A DNA stretch of 63,247 bases, counting the filler, from Licmophora abbreviata (taxonomy: Eukaryota), in NCBI GenBank assembly GCA_900291995.1. It is 10 parts of 10 records of this genome, joined end to end, with 100 filler letters (N's around TTAATTAATTAA, not from the genome) between each part and the next. Parts side by side here need not be neighbours in the genome. Positions count along the whole stretch, not along the records: positions 47,311 to 55,808 come from OLMU01004226.1; positions 55,909 to 57,341 come from OLMU01004227.1; positions 57,442 to 58,512 come from OLMU01004228.1; 7 more parts are not named here. One strand, written 5' to 3'. Positions 47,723-58,612 of the stretch are shown here, piece after piece (the stretch's first letter is position 1; every line of letters begins with the position of its first letter). The notes beneath the pieces were generated by a model. It saw only the letters and a program-made list of their open reading frames with translations. It had not been told where the DNA came from and made no database searches. The position numbers and the translations under genes were made by a program.

Positions 47723-48193
47723 CCTTGACTGTTAAACCGTAAATGCAATGCTGGATGGGACAGTCTAATGAGCTAGAATGAGATTTATGTGACACTGTGC
47801 CGGCAGCAGGGTCATCGTCATGAAAAATTCAAAATTGAAAATTCAAATTGTGGCTTTTTCTCACGCGGTAACTTGTTTCGTTTTTATGCCCGTAGAAACA
47901 GTACTCGTGGCTACGTAGATAGCTTCGAGCTCCTTTCATGTTTGCGAGCTCTACGAGTACCAGGTTTTACCGGCGCCGATGACGGCGGCGGCGCGCTACC
48001 GGTAACTCCATGATGAACGCTGCGGACGGTTCTGCCTACCGGTACGGTCGTACCCGTTGTTGCTTTTCCGGTACCTCTACCTGCCGAACTCAGTTATGTG
48101 GAAGGCTTAGCCAGAGCGTGATATGATTTTGAGAGACTGAGAGAAGAAGAATGAGCGAGAAGCTAAAGATTGCTCACCGATGAGAGACCCATC

Positions 48194-49515
48194 ATGACAA
48201 GCCTGTCAAAGCCGCCGCAAGGGTCGAGATCACTTCGAATGCGATCATTCTTGCTTGCAGCTGTACTTTCATGTACTTACTTTTCGTTCTGCAATCTGCG
48301 CTACTCGACGAAAATCCTCGATGCGCCTGACACCAGTTATGATATGCCGGAAGCGATACCGGTACATACTGTCGCCTACGCGATAACGGTCACCGACTGC
48401 TCTACGTTCTCCTCCTCGACGTATCTGGACGGTGCTGCAGTCCTGGCCTATTCGATACATAGACACTCGAAACGTCATGCCTTCAGTTCATCACGATACG
48501 ACTACAGACTTGTAGCCTTTGTCCATCCAGACGCTGCCAACTGCACCGAGTCACTGGAGTCCATTGGGTATCATGTACAAATCAAGCCGACGCCGATCAA
48601 CGTGGAGGACATACGGGGTCCTCACAAGGATTCGTCGATGGCGCTGGATGCTGTGGAGCCAAGGAGTTTCTTAAACTCTACTCGTATACTCTGACTGACC
48701 ACCCGATCGTTGCGCATTTGGATACTGATATGCTATTGATGCAGCATTTGGATGTGCTTTTTGATGCCATGCTGGAAGGTACCTCTTCGCCTGCACGGGA
48801 ACGCTTGCCTGTCATGTGGACAAGCAATTCCACCGAGCTACCTGAGCGGATAGAGGCCTTCTTTACACGAGACTACAACATGATGGGACCCCGGAAACGA
48901 CATGTCAACGAGTCGGCGGTACAGGGTGGCTTTCTAGTGATTCGGCCGAACGTAACTCAGTTTGAAATGTATCGCCAGATCATTCTAGAGGGCGACTATC
49001 AAGTTCCGTTTGGCTGGGGAGCCTCAAAAGGGCTGCAGTTTGGTGGCCATTATGGCGCACCCCAGATCCAGGGTCTGTGCAACTATTTCTTTGGCCATGT
49101 CCGCCAGGGGTACGCCGTGGAACTGAATCGGTGTCGAGTCAACAACATGGTCGATTCTCCGTACGTTTCGGAAAAAGGAGACTACGAGGGAGAGTCTCGC
49201 ACACGGGAAAGAGAGTGTGAAGATTGTCGAGAGGCCAGGCTGGAGGATATCATGCTGACGCACTTCACGCTCTGTGGCAAACCTTGGTGGTGTCAAGGCC
49301 ACGGAGAGGGTCTGTGCCGAGACATTCACAATGAGTGGTTTGCCTATCGACATGAAATGGAGGAAAAGTGGGCAGGGGAGGACGGGTCTTACGACACCAC
49401 TGTCGCACGAATGGGAAAGAAATGGGAACGCCAGAATGACCAGAAGCTGTTCTGTCAAAGTGGGAGCTATACTCCTATTCGATACCCGCGCCAGCCATCG
49501 ATGCAAGAAAACTGA
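48194..49515 (+). CDS. GT8-like (GT-A fold) glycosyltransferase, type II membrane; apparent frameshift at ~48628
   Basis: TM segment. VAYAITVT...YLDGAAVLAYSI. The shifted frame gives GCCGAKEFLKLYSYTL...HLDTD (DxD), then VQGGFLVIRP, QIQGL and HFTLCGKPW. Confidence 0.85.
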
Positions 49516-49528
49516 AGCTCTACAAATT

Positions 49529-51441
49529 TTACTGCGGGAGTTGCCCGATCCCCTGGTCAATGTCCCTCCAACTAGTGGGAAATTCCCGACTGAAGAAACC
49601 TCCCCGGACGGGAACGTAGTTATGCATCTCTAACTTCCTGTCCGGAGTTGCATAGTAGTATGTGGTCGGCAGAATTCCCTTTTCATACCCGGGCAGTTTG
49701 TCTTTCTGCGATCGGTAGCCGCGCAAACGGGTAATGTAACCTGTAAACGTCGAGAACCAGCACCCCAAAAAGATGTCACCCCTCGAAGCTATAAGCTGGT
49801 CCAGCATTCCGTAGTAGTTCGTGTTGACATCTTTGACAACATCCATAAAGTCGTCCAGAAACACGACGTCGTAACGATCTTTCAAAGGCTTGAAGAAAGT
49901 TTTGTCGCGCTCATCCGTAGCGATGTATATCGTTTTGTTCTTGGAGAGCAACTCATGGCTGTTTTCTAGAATCTCCTCCGCAGGGATGCGAGTCTTTTTG
50001 AATTGAAAATCTCCTCTTCGGATATGAAAGCTGTCAAAGGCGCCGTCCAGCGAGGGGTTTCGTTGTCGCGAGTGTTCTCGAACGGCTTGTACCACTCGTG
50101 CAGCGGCGCATTGTATGTCATCTATATACCGAACGTGATCACGAATCATGCGTTTGAGCCAAAGGTCCATTCTCCAGTCTTCGAAGAACAGAAAAGCGTA
50201 AAAATGCACAAGGAGTCGAATCCTCATCTTGTGGTAGCACATGAAATGAACAACAAGCTCCCCTTGCATTTGCTTGTCGTACAGACAAAGATCCTTTCGG
50301 CCCGCCATATTTTCGTGCATGCGCTCAGTCGCTGAACCATTGACTGGGACCGGATTGCCCAAAAATGAGTCAGGACTGATTCCTGCTTGGTGAATGTCAA
50401 GTTGCATCCGTTGTAGCTTCAGCATGTCCCGTTTATCCGTAGACGCAGGAAATGCCGCCAAACAGGCTCCTGGCCTCCATTCCGGTGTATGCGTCACGTT
50501 TCTCATCCACTCTTTTAGTAATTTTACATCCTGCCCATCCCAGTTGGTCCGGTTCTCCGGCGGAAATGACATCCTCCCAGTGTTTTTGTCCACCAGATTC
50601 CCCGCCATGGCCTCAGTCTCCAAAAACTCCTGCATGGTGATAATCTCGAGTCCTTTATGCTCCTCGGCCAGCTCAAGCATTGGAAAGAAATGAGCGAAAC
50701 TGAAATGTATCCGCTGTTTGGAGCTATCTTTGCGCAGCAAGTACATGCCTTGTTCCGGCGGCAAGACGAGCGTCCGCCCCATCGCCACCGCCAGACCCAC
50801 AACTGTCTCCATGGCCATGCGAATGTTGTTCCAACCACCTCCGTCTATAGAGAATCGACACGAAGCACGTAGTAGGACATCAGATGATAGTCATGGGAGC
50901 ACAAAAATCTAAGTTGTATTTGATTCACATGCGACTTACCAGGTTCAAAGGTCATGTAGCGCTTATGTTGACCGTGTTCGACATGAAATGGGCTGACGAA
51001 GTCTGAATCAGAGTCGATATCACTCCAGTAGACCATTTCGGCAGCCGCCTCGGAAGATGGACCTCCAAACGCATCGCAGTTGAGTCCAGCCAACTTTGAT
51101 CTACTTTGCGGCGGCGACAAGTTTTTCTGTTTCGTATCCAATGCTTCCACAACGTCGTGTCGAGCGTTAGGTGCAAGAACCTCAACATTCTCTTCTTCAC
51201 CATCTTCCTTGCGTCCTCTCCGATCTCTTGGCTTGTATCCCGCGGCAAACTCTTGGATGGATCGAGCGATGGCATGATCACGATGGTGGTCCCCAGTGAT
51301 CGATTCAGAGTGAATGAAATTGACGGAAATACTCACCAAGCAGCAGACTCCCAGAAAGCAAACAAACGCAGTGCTCAATTGACTCGGACGAGCTGTCGAT
51401 CTGGGGGGAGAGGGAGCCCCCGCAGGAGTCGCCATGGTCAT
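49529..51441 (-). CDS. GDP-fucose O-fucosyltransferase (O-FucT/POFUT2-like, GT-B), type II membrane; intron 50845-50939
   Basis: FEPDGGGWNNIRM across the intron, GRTLVLPP, HIRRGDF, IYIATDE, LDQLIASRG and FSTFTGYI. Confidence 0.9.
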
Positions 51442-52847
51442 TTTCAAATTTTGAGAAAAACCGCGCGCGCGCTTTGAATGAATGAATCGAATCGAGAATC
51501 GAGGCCTTTTGAGAATCTGGAATCTCGTATGCTCGATCTTTCTAGATTTTCCCTTTCATCTCCTACAGGGTTCTTCGTAGAGAAGCTACACATGTGTACC
51601 CCCAGTATAAATCATACCTATGCATACGTGCGCAACCTCGCTTGCGAATGCGAGCATCCTCACAAAAAACAAATCGCTAAGCCCCCCACCACGACATGAG
51701 ACTGATTGTGCCGTTTGTGCTGCCACGGCGGCGACTCAGGGGTCGTCGATGTATCAGGAGTCAGCGGAAATGGTAAGAGAGGCAGAAGAAGTGAAAAGGA
51801 GTACATGAACAACGCTTTCGAGCTTGAAAACAGTATCAATGGATCCCGCAAGACTAGTATTCCTTCATGCAGACTGATTTCGCATCGCTCCGGCTCGGAA
51901 ACGCGTCCTGTGGCTCTCTATTACGTCTTGCATGCATCAGAAATTGAATGGAAAGCGTTCCAGTGTCTAAACACACAACAATCAGCCGCCATGGGAGTCA
52001 ATTCCGGGGCATCGTCAGCCGTTGAGCTGGATCGCAAAAGATCGCAAATCCTGCAAGTTCAAGACCAATAGTCGAAGGAATCAAATCAGAATTTGGCGGG
52101 AAACTGGCGTGACGCGCCACGTCCGAAAACGCAGGAAGACACACGAAAGACGTCACTGGTTCTGTTGCCCTATGTATTTCATGTCGTAATTCGGTTCGGG
52201 TGATGAGCTGTTCCGAAACAGGTCAGCATTGGTGGAAGAAAACGCGCCAAGCATTGCCCGGGACTGGTCTTCTAGTACGGAGATCTACGGCGACGTCGCC
52301 TTCAGAGAGAATTCTGTAAAATGACGAGTGATCGAACATCAGCAACACATTTTCCTCGCGTAGGGAACCGAGAGATAGAAGGATTGAAACGAATTGAGGT
52401 GAGAATGCTGGAATACTTCGTGTTGAGCCTTGATATTGAAAGTGAGGGAGCGAAGGATGAGATGGGCCCGAGAAAAGCGGTCGCTGCCTCTTCTGGAGAA
52501 CGAATTCGGCCATGGTCGGCGTCATTGTGCGGATGACCCTTTCCCGATGGGGCGACGTGAGTCATAGGATGCTGGCGCTGGCGTTTCCTGTCCACGTTTT
52601 CATGCTTGACTTCCGAATCATCTCTCTGCTGTCGCCGGAGACCTAGAATCGATCTCTGGAGTGTAGCGAAATGCAGTCATGTCTCGTCCATTTTTCTCCA
52701 GTGAACGCATAAATCATGTTTACAGCCGAAGCAAGTCCGCTTGTCACTTTCTTTCATACACAGCATATTGACCCTGCTCGTCCTTTTCTTGCCTGCCCTC
52801 CACTCAAACTTATATAGTACCAAAACCACTGTATCGCCTCCAAAACA

Positions 52848-53888
52848 ATGAAGTTGTCAACTGCACTTGCCACTGCCGCAACATTCTTCCAGTCGACGTT
52901 TGCCTACCAGGTGAATCCGGATCGTACATGGACCCCGAAGTCTCTCATTGAGAAGAGCATCCAGGGCCTGACCTCTCCTGAGAAGTCAGGCACGGCTCTC
53001 AAGTCTGCAAGCGGCGCTCTGTCCCTGCCACGCAGTTCCACAGCCAAGACAAAGGACGAGTCCCGTGGATGTGCTGGCCTCTTCCCCGCCGATCCTCCGA
53101 ACTATTGGTTCAATAGTAGGATACACATCTTTGGCAACACTGGGCTGTCTGGCGGGTTCCACGCTGCAGTCGCGTCCATCGCCACCAAGATCATCGACAT
53201 GGCAGCCTACGACGGGAGAAACGTACGGGAGTACATCTGCGAACGCCTACGTCCATCGGTCAAGAAGAACCCACGCATCGTCGACCTCTGCAGTGGAGTT
53301 GGAATTTCTACCCGCGCCCTTCAAGGTGCGTTCCCTGAGGCGGAATCGATCTTGGGCGTCGACACGAGCCCTGAGATGATTGCCATGGCCGAGATGCTCT
53401 CCTCTGAGTCCATGCTGGACAAGGTTACACGCATGACAGCGGGCACTGAGGCCCACAAGACGTCAGGCACGCCCACTTTGACCTATGAGATTGCCAATGC
53501 GGAACAGACACCTGTCGCGTCTGGGTCAGCAGATCTGGTGACCATCATGTATGGATTCCACGAAATTCCGTTCCATGGCCGTCAGCGCATTCTCTTCGAG
53601 GCGCGCCGACTGCTCGCTCCGGGAGGAACTCTCGCCATTGTCGACATTAGCTCAGACTATTCTCCATCACCAAGCATGTTGGCGGGGGAACCGTACGTGC
53701 TCGAGTATCAGCAAAACATTTTCCGTCAACTCCGGTGGATGGGTGGGTTCCAAGATCTGAGCTCCAAGGCCGTGATTCCTGAGCACGTCACGGTCTGGCT
53801 GCTCAGGAAGAGCGGGGAGAGCGGGTACCAGTGGACGCAGCAAGTCCCCACTTCAACTGTGCTCACCACAATGGGCGACTTCGTTTGA
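52848..53888 (+). CDS. Class I SAM-dependent methyltransferase with a signal peptide (intronless)
   Basis: IVDLCSGVGISTR, GVDTSPEMI, NAEQTP, DLVTIMYGFHEIP and RLLAPGG. Confidence 0.88.
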   Translation: MKLSTALATAATFFQSTFAYQVNPDRTWTPKSLIEKSIQGLTSPEKSGTALKSASGALSLPRSSTAKTKDESRGCAGLFPADPPNYWFNSRIHIFGNTGLSGGFHAAVASIATKIIDMAAYDGRNVREYICERLRPSVKKNPRIVDLCSGVGISTRALQGAFPEAESILGVDTSPEMIAMAEMLSSESMLDKVTRMTAGTEAHKTSGTPTLTYEIANAEQTPVASGSADLVTIMYGFHEIPFHGRQRILFEARRLLAPGGTLAIVDISSDYSPSPSMLAGEPYVLEYQQNIFRQLRWMGGFQDLSSKAVIPEHVTVWLLRKSGESGYQWTQQVPTSTVLTTMGDFV

Positions 53889-54365
53889 GCACGTGTCCTT
53901 GTACATATTCAATTTGGACATTTAGAGCATCTCTAGAACACATCGCCATCATCCAAGAATCACCTTCTGTTTGTCACATTGCTGTCACGGTTGAACCACA
54001 ACATCAAGATACACCACGGTTTCCAGTATAGACTTGCTGCTCCCTTCCGTTTTGGAAGACCTGCAAATATGACTTTTTGTAAATACGATACATCCTAGTA
54101 ATCTGATAAGTCACGAGCGGCAAACAATTGTGGTACCTGATATACGAAGTTCCTAGTAGATTAACAATAAGTAGCACGTACAGAACTTTCTTCATGTGTC
54201 GCCACAACATCGTTTCATGTATCACTGGGCAGAACCCTTTCTTGAGCGCAACTATTTACAATCCTGGATGCTCTAACTCGTATCGTACAAAATATATATA
54301 CTGTATCTACCTCGCAATGGATCAAAGTGAATGAGTCATCGATAGAGTACCTTTTGATAGGTGCC

Positions 54366-55478
54366 TCATACACGCTTGAGGGTCCACATGCCTACGTGCC
54401 CGGGGACGAGTGTCTTATAGGCGGCTTTCGTGAAGCCCTTGAGGGAACTCAATTGACGATGGATATTCTTCTGGTACTCTTGAACGTACGGCTCTCCCGA
54501 TAACATTGTAGGCGATGGCATGTATTCAGGAGAGATGTCGATAAGCGCGAGAGTGCCACCTGAGTGGAGAAGCCGCCTCACTTCGGAGAGAATGCGATCC
54601 CTTCCACGCTTAGGTGCTTCATGCATGGCATACCTAAGAGGCGAGAAAAGGTATTGAAGCGAGAGACGGTGAGCCATGAGGAGTACAGGTGCCAAGAGCT
54701 ATGCTTTGGGAGCAATGAGAACTTACATGATGGTGACTAAATCGAACGATCCGGACGGGAATGGAGTATTCTCAGCGTTTCCGTTTCGGAAAGATGCGAT
54801 ACGAGACCGGGTCAGACCATCCCATGCCTGGGTCGGATGCATGGCCCACTGACTCATGCTAGCTAGGTGGGCGCGAGCTAGATCCATGACGGGGCGGATG
54901 ATGGAGTCTTGGACGGCAATGAGACGAGCCATGGAGATCATTTCCGGGCTAGTATCCACTCCCACGACTACTTCTGCCTTCGGAAATGCATTTTGTAGTG
55001 CGCGCGTTGATAGGCCGACCCCGCAGCACATATCAAGGACTCTCACCTTGCTCTCCTTGAAGGTCGAGGCAAGTTCGTCGGCGACCTTTTTTCGAATATC
55101 GAGTCCGTTGTAGGCTGCAAGATCAATGAGCTTGGTACAGGCTGGTGCCATTGCCGCATGGAGTGCACCAAGAAAGCCAGTATTACCCAGCGTGTGAATG
55201 TGACTGTTGAACCAATACTCATCTTCGTTGTCTTTGTCGACACCCCATGGCTTCCGGGCAACCGGAGTCTTCTTGGGAGTTTTGGTCATGCTGGTCTTCT
55301 GGTGCGATCTGGTGCCAGACTTGGGCTTGAGAACGACCTTCGCTTTGCCTGACTTTACAGTTACCTTCATCGGTCGAAGGAGCACCTTTGTTTCTCTTGG
55401 ATGGACGACATACGCGGTGGACTGCGCCTGGAGGCCAAAAAGGAAGGTAGCGAATGTGAAGTAGGAAAAGATCTTCAT
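54366..55478 (-). CDS. Class I SAM-dependent methyltransferase paralog with a signal peptide; intron 54634-54726
   Basis: VLDMCCGVGLSTR, GVDTSPEMI, DLVTIM|YAMHEAP across the intron, and PSPTMLSGEPYV. Confidence 0.88.
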
Positions 55479-56378
55479 GGTGTCGATGTCGATGAGAACG
55501 ACTTGGGATCAGTGTTTGCTCCTTGAAACGTGGAAATGGCATTGGTGTCAAACGCTATAGACTTCTCAATCGGAAATGCAATCCCGGTGACAACCTTCTA
55601 TACGATGACCGTTAGTTGTCAATCCCGTGACATCTAGTCAATAGTGTCATGCTCCATTTCGAATACCACGTTTCCTCGTAGATCCTACGAGTCATCCAGA
55701 TCGGACGTCGCAGTTTCTTTCTTCTCATAGGCCTGTATCTTGATGTCGGAATTCTGACGGGACTGGTCGATGGAAGCCGGAGGTCTGCTCGAAACGTCGG
55801 AGAAATACNNNNNNNNNNNNNNNNNNNNNNNNNNNNNNNNNNNNNNNNNNNNTTAATTAATTAANNNNNNNNNNNNNNNNNNNNNNNNNNNNNNNNNNNN
55901 NNNNNNNNGGTCTGCTCGGAACGTCGGAGAAATACATGTTCTCGCGGTACAAATGACAACCGAATTCCGATGTCAATGATTTTGTGAGGAGCTTTTCTAT
56001 GACGCGATGATGAGGCTTTGAAATTTGAATCCGGGCTGGCTCGGTGGGTCTGCCATTCGACCGAAAATGGGTGGCTGCTAGCGTGTCCCACGTTCGTGTT
56101 CGGCATTCCGTCGATCCGGACCGGCAACCGGCAAGGGGCAAGGGGATGATCTGGATTTGCCCATCATGTTGGACCGCCGGCGCCCGTGCAAAACAAACGG
56201 TCCAACGCAGATTGTCTCGTATCCGCGTCGCCTCAACAGACACAGTGTCGATAGTCTTGCTCGAATCTCATCTCTGCCCGAGGTCTCATTCCTTCATGGG
56301 CGACTACAGGTAGAACTACAGCTCAGCTACAGCTGCTACTGCTTCAGGAAAGTTGTGCGTACAGTCTTCATCCTCATC

Positions 56379-56708
56379 ATGTGGTTTTGTCCGCTCGACG
56401 GGACTCTCCTTCAGATTGACATGCCGACGAAACAGGAAGGTAGGACATGCTTTGTCTGTGCGACATGCCCATACTCTTGTGACATTACCTCCAACGTAAC
56501 AAGAACAACCCATCTGGAACGAAAGAAGGTAGATGATGTGTTGGGTGGGGAAGCTGCGTGGGAACACGTCGATCGCACACAGGCTGTCTGTCCCAAGTGC
56601 AGTCATGGGCAAGCGTACTTCTTGCAAATGCAGATTCGAAGTGCAGACGAGCCGATGAGCATCTTCTACAAGTGCTGCAAATGCAGTCATCAGTGGAATG
56701 ACAAATGA
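56379..56708 (+). CDS. RPC11: RNA polymerase III subunit C11
   Basis: MWFCP..G.LL, VDDVLGGEAAW, CPKC and QIRSADEPMSIFYKCCKCSHQW. Confidence 0.95.
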   Translation: MWFCPLDGTLLQIDMPTKQEGRTCFVCATCPYSCDITSNVTRTTHLERKKVDDVLGGEAAWEHVDRTQAVCPKCSHGQAYFLQMQIRSADEPMSIFYKCCKCSHQWNDK

Positions 56709-56946
56709 AATCCTTGCTGCTCCCCAAGGGTCGACATGCTTGTCCTCATGGAATCAACAAACGCTGCGCTGCCTGCGCAACGCCACAACGGTGCACTGAT
56801 TTTGTAAACTTAAACCTCTTGAACTGCAGTATCTTCTTTAATTTGTAACCATCCAGCTTTCTAAACAGAGTGCGTCGTATAGCTTCATGCTCCATCTCGT
56901 CAGCACCGCGCCGCGCTTCTCGCCACCCTTGAGCGAGCACCCGCGA

Positions 56947-57995
56947 TTACCACCCAAACACCCACCTAAGAATCATGTCGCAGACATTGCGTTTTCCAGC
57001 GACCATCTTCTCTTCCGATCCATCCCCCAGCAACAGCACTTCTTCGTCGGGTGCTTTGTAAACGACCCGGGAAACCGTCGATCGAACGGGGGCCAGTACC
57101 AAAGAAGAAGCGGCTGAGTTCCAGTCTAACGAGCCCTGCAAACTCGCCGTTAACCGTGTCGTACCAATCAATAGCCCGTCCATCAGGAGAAAGCATGGCT
57201 GACAGAGAGCCTGTTCAGTGTGCATGAGACTTTCGTACTGAAACGCCACCCAATTGGACGATGCCCGCTGCTCCTCTATCTTTCCAAAATTTTTAAATCG
57301 ACGAACCACCAGCTGAAATTCTGCTTCCGTTCCAAAACCGTNNNNNNNNNNNNNNNNNNNNNNNNNNNNNNNNNNNNNNNNNNNNTTAATTAATTAANNN
57401 NNNNNNNNNNNNNNNNNNNNNNNNNNNNNNNNNNNNNNNNNACGAACCACCAGCTGAAATTCTGCTTCCGTTCCAAAACCGTACACGAGAACCCAGCGCT
57501 CTAGGGCGTCGCCTGTCGTTAACTTTGGCAATGGACTGGCTTCAGCTACTGGGAGTGTATGTGCGATTGTGCGAGGCTTTAACGACCAAATTTCAAAATG
57601 GTTCAAACAAGCCAGAGTGAGAAACGATCTTTTTCAAGATTCTTGCTTACATTGTGCCTGAATGAAACTGTCATTGTGAAACTCACCTGAGGTCGAACAT
57701 CGGCATCCTGTGGACCGATGCCTGCGTCGCCCATCAAGAGGCTGCGCTTGGGCGGAGGCACGAGCTTTCGGGCGCTTCCCGTCAAGGGAGTAGCAGGCTT
57801 TCGCCGCTGTCGAATGCTCCCTCCGTTTGCCATTGGGGTGAAGGGAGACCGGAAATCGGGAGCATCAGATCCAGACGGAGTGGGCGATTTGCGACTGAGC
57901 AATGGATTTCGCAAAGGTTTTCGAGTTACGGGCGACAATTCTTTTTTCTCCTCTGGTAGAGCCCACGAAAAGCCCGGAGTTGCATATGATGACAT
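56947..57995 (-). CDS. NUP35: Nucleoporin Nup35/Nup53-like (RRM); intron ~57577-57686; spans an overlap-type gap
   Basis: Disordered S/P/T-rich N-terminus with PPPKRSL, RRM WVLVYGF...FKNFGKI...NWVAFQY...QAL, and an amphipathic C-terminal ILRWVFGW. Confidence 0.8.
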
Positions 57996-58612
57996 GGTCG
58001 CTTCCTCAGAGACAACTTGTGACGTTAAACTTCGAGAAACAAACACGAACAGAACACGCTATGGCAGGAGGTCAGGGCATGCACTTTGGCAACGGTCGTC
58101 GTTTTTTATGAGCGGAGTGGAAAGTGGGCGCAGATGTGGATTTTCGAGGGATCCTGAATCCTATCATGGTTCGCGAATAGCGAACCCCAAGTATGTAGCG
58201 TCACTCACAAAAAATGTCAAAAAAATGTCAGAGCAATGAGAATCCTAAGAAGAAAAAGATCCAACTTGAAACTCGTCTATGTTCCGTTCTTGTGGTTACT
58301 GTTAGCTGTTGATGACGCCCGCGCTCATCATCACGAGTATAAACTGTGAATTGTTTCGGTAATACTTTCCAGAGAGCTACTCGTGCGCTTCGTTGCCACT
58401 GACTGTATCAAAACTGTCACGCCGTCACGCCTTGGTGATTCAGTGTTTCGAAAGCAATCATGTTTCGTTGCAACGACAAGACTGACACATGCGCCATGAC
58501 ACCTTGCAGGTANNNNNNNNNNNNNNNNNNNNNNNNNNNNNNNNNNNNNNNNNNNNTTAATTAATTAANNNNNNNNNNNNNNNNNNNNNNNNNNNNNNNN
58601 NNNNNNNNNNNN

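Noticed and set aside
51478..52600. Short ORFs between the fucosyltransferase and the methyltransferase
   Set aside because: They have no motifs, overlap in several frames and show no convincing coding signal.
20990..55478. HPT + IspD + methyltransferases as a tocopherol/prenylquinone cluster
   Set aside because: The genes are 13-17 kb apart with many unrelated genes between them, and the methyltransferases are not recognisably VTE3/VTE4.
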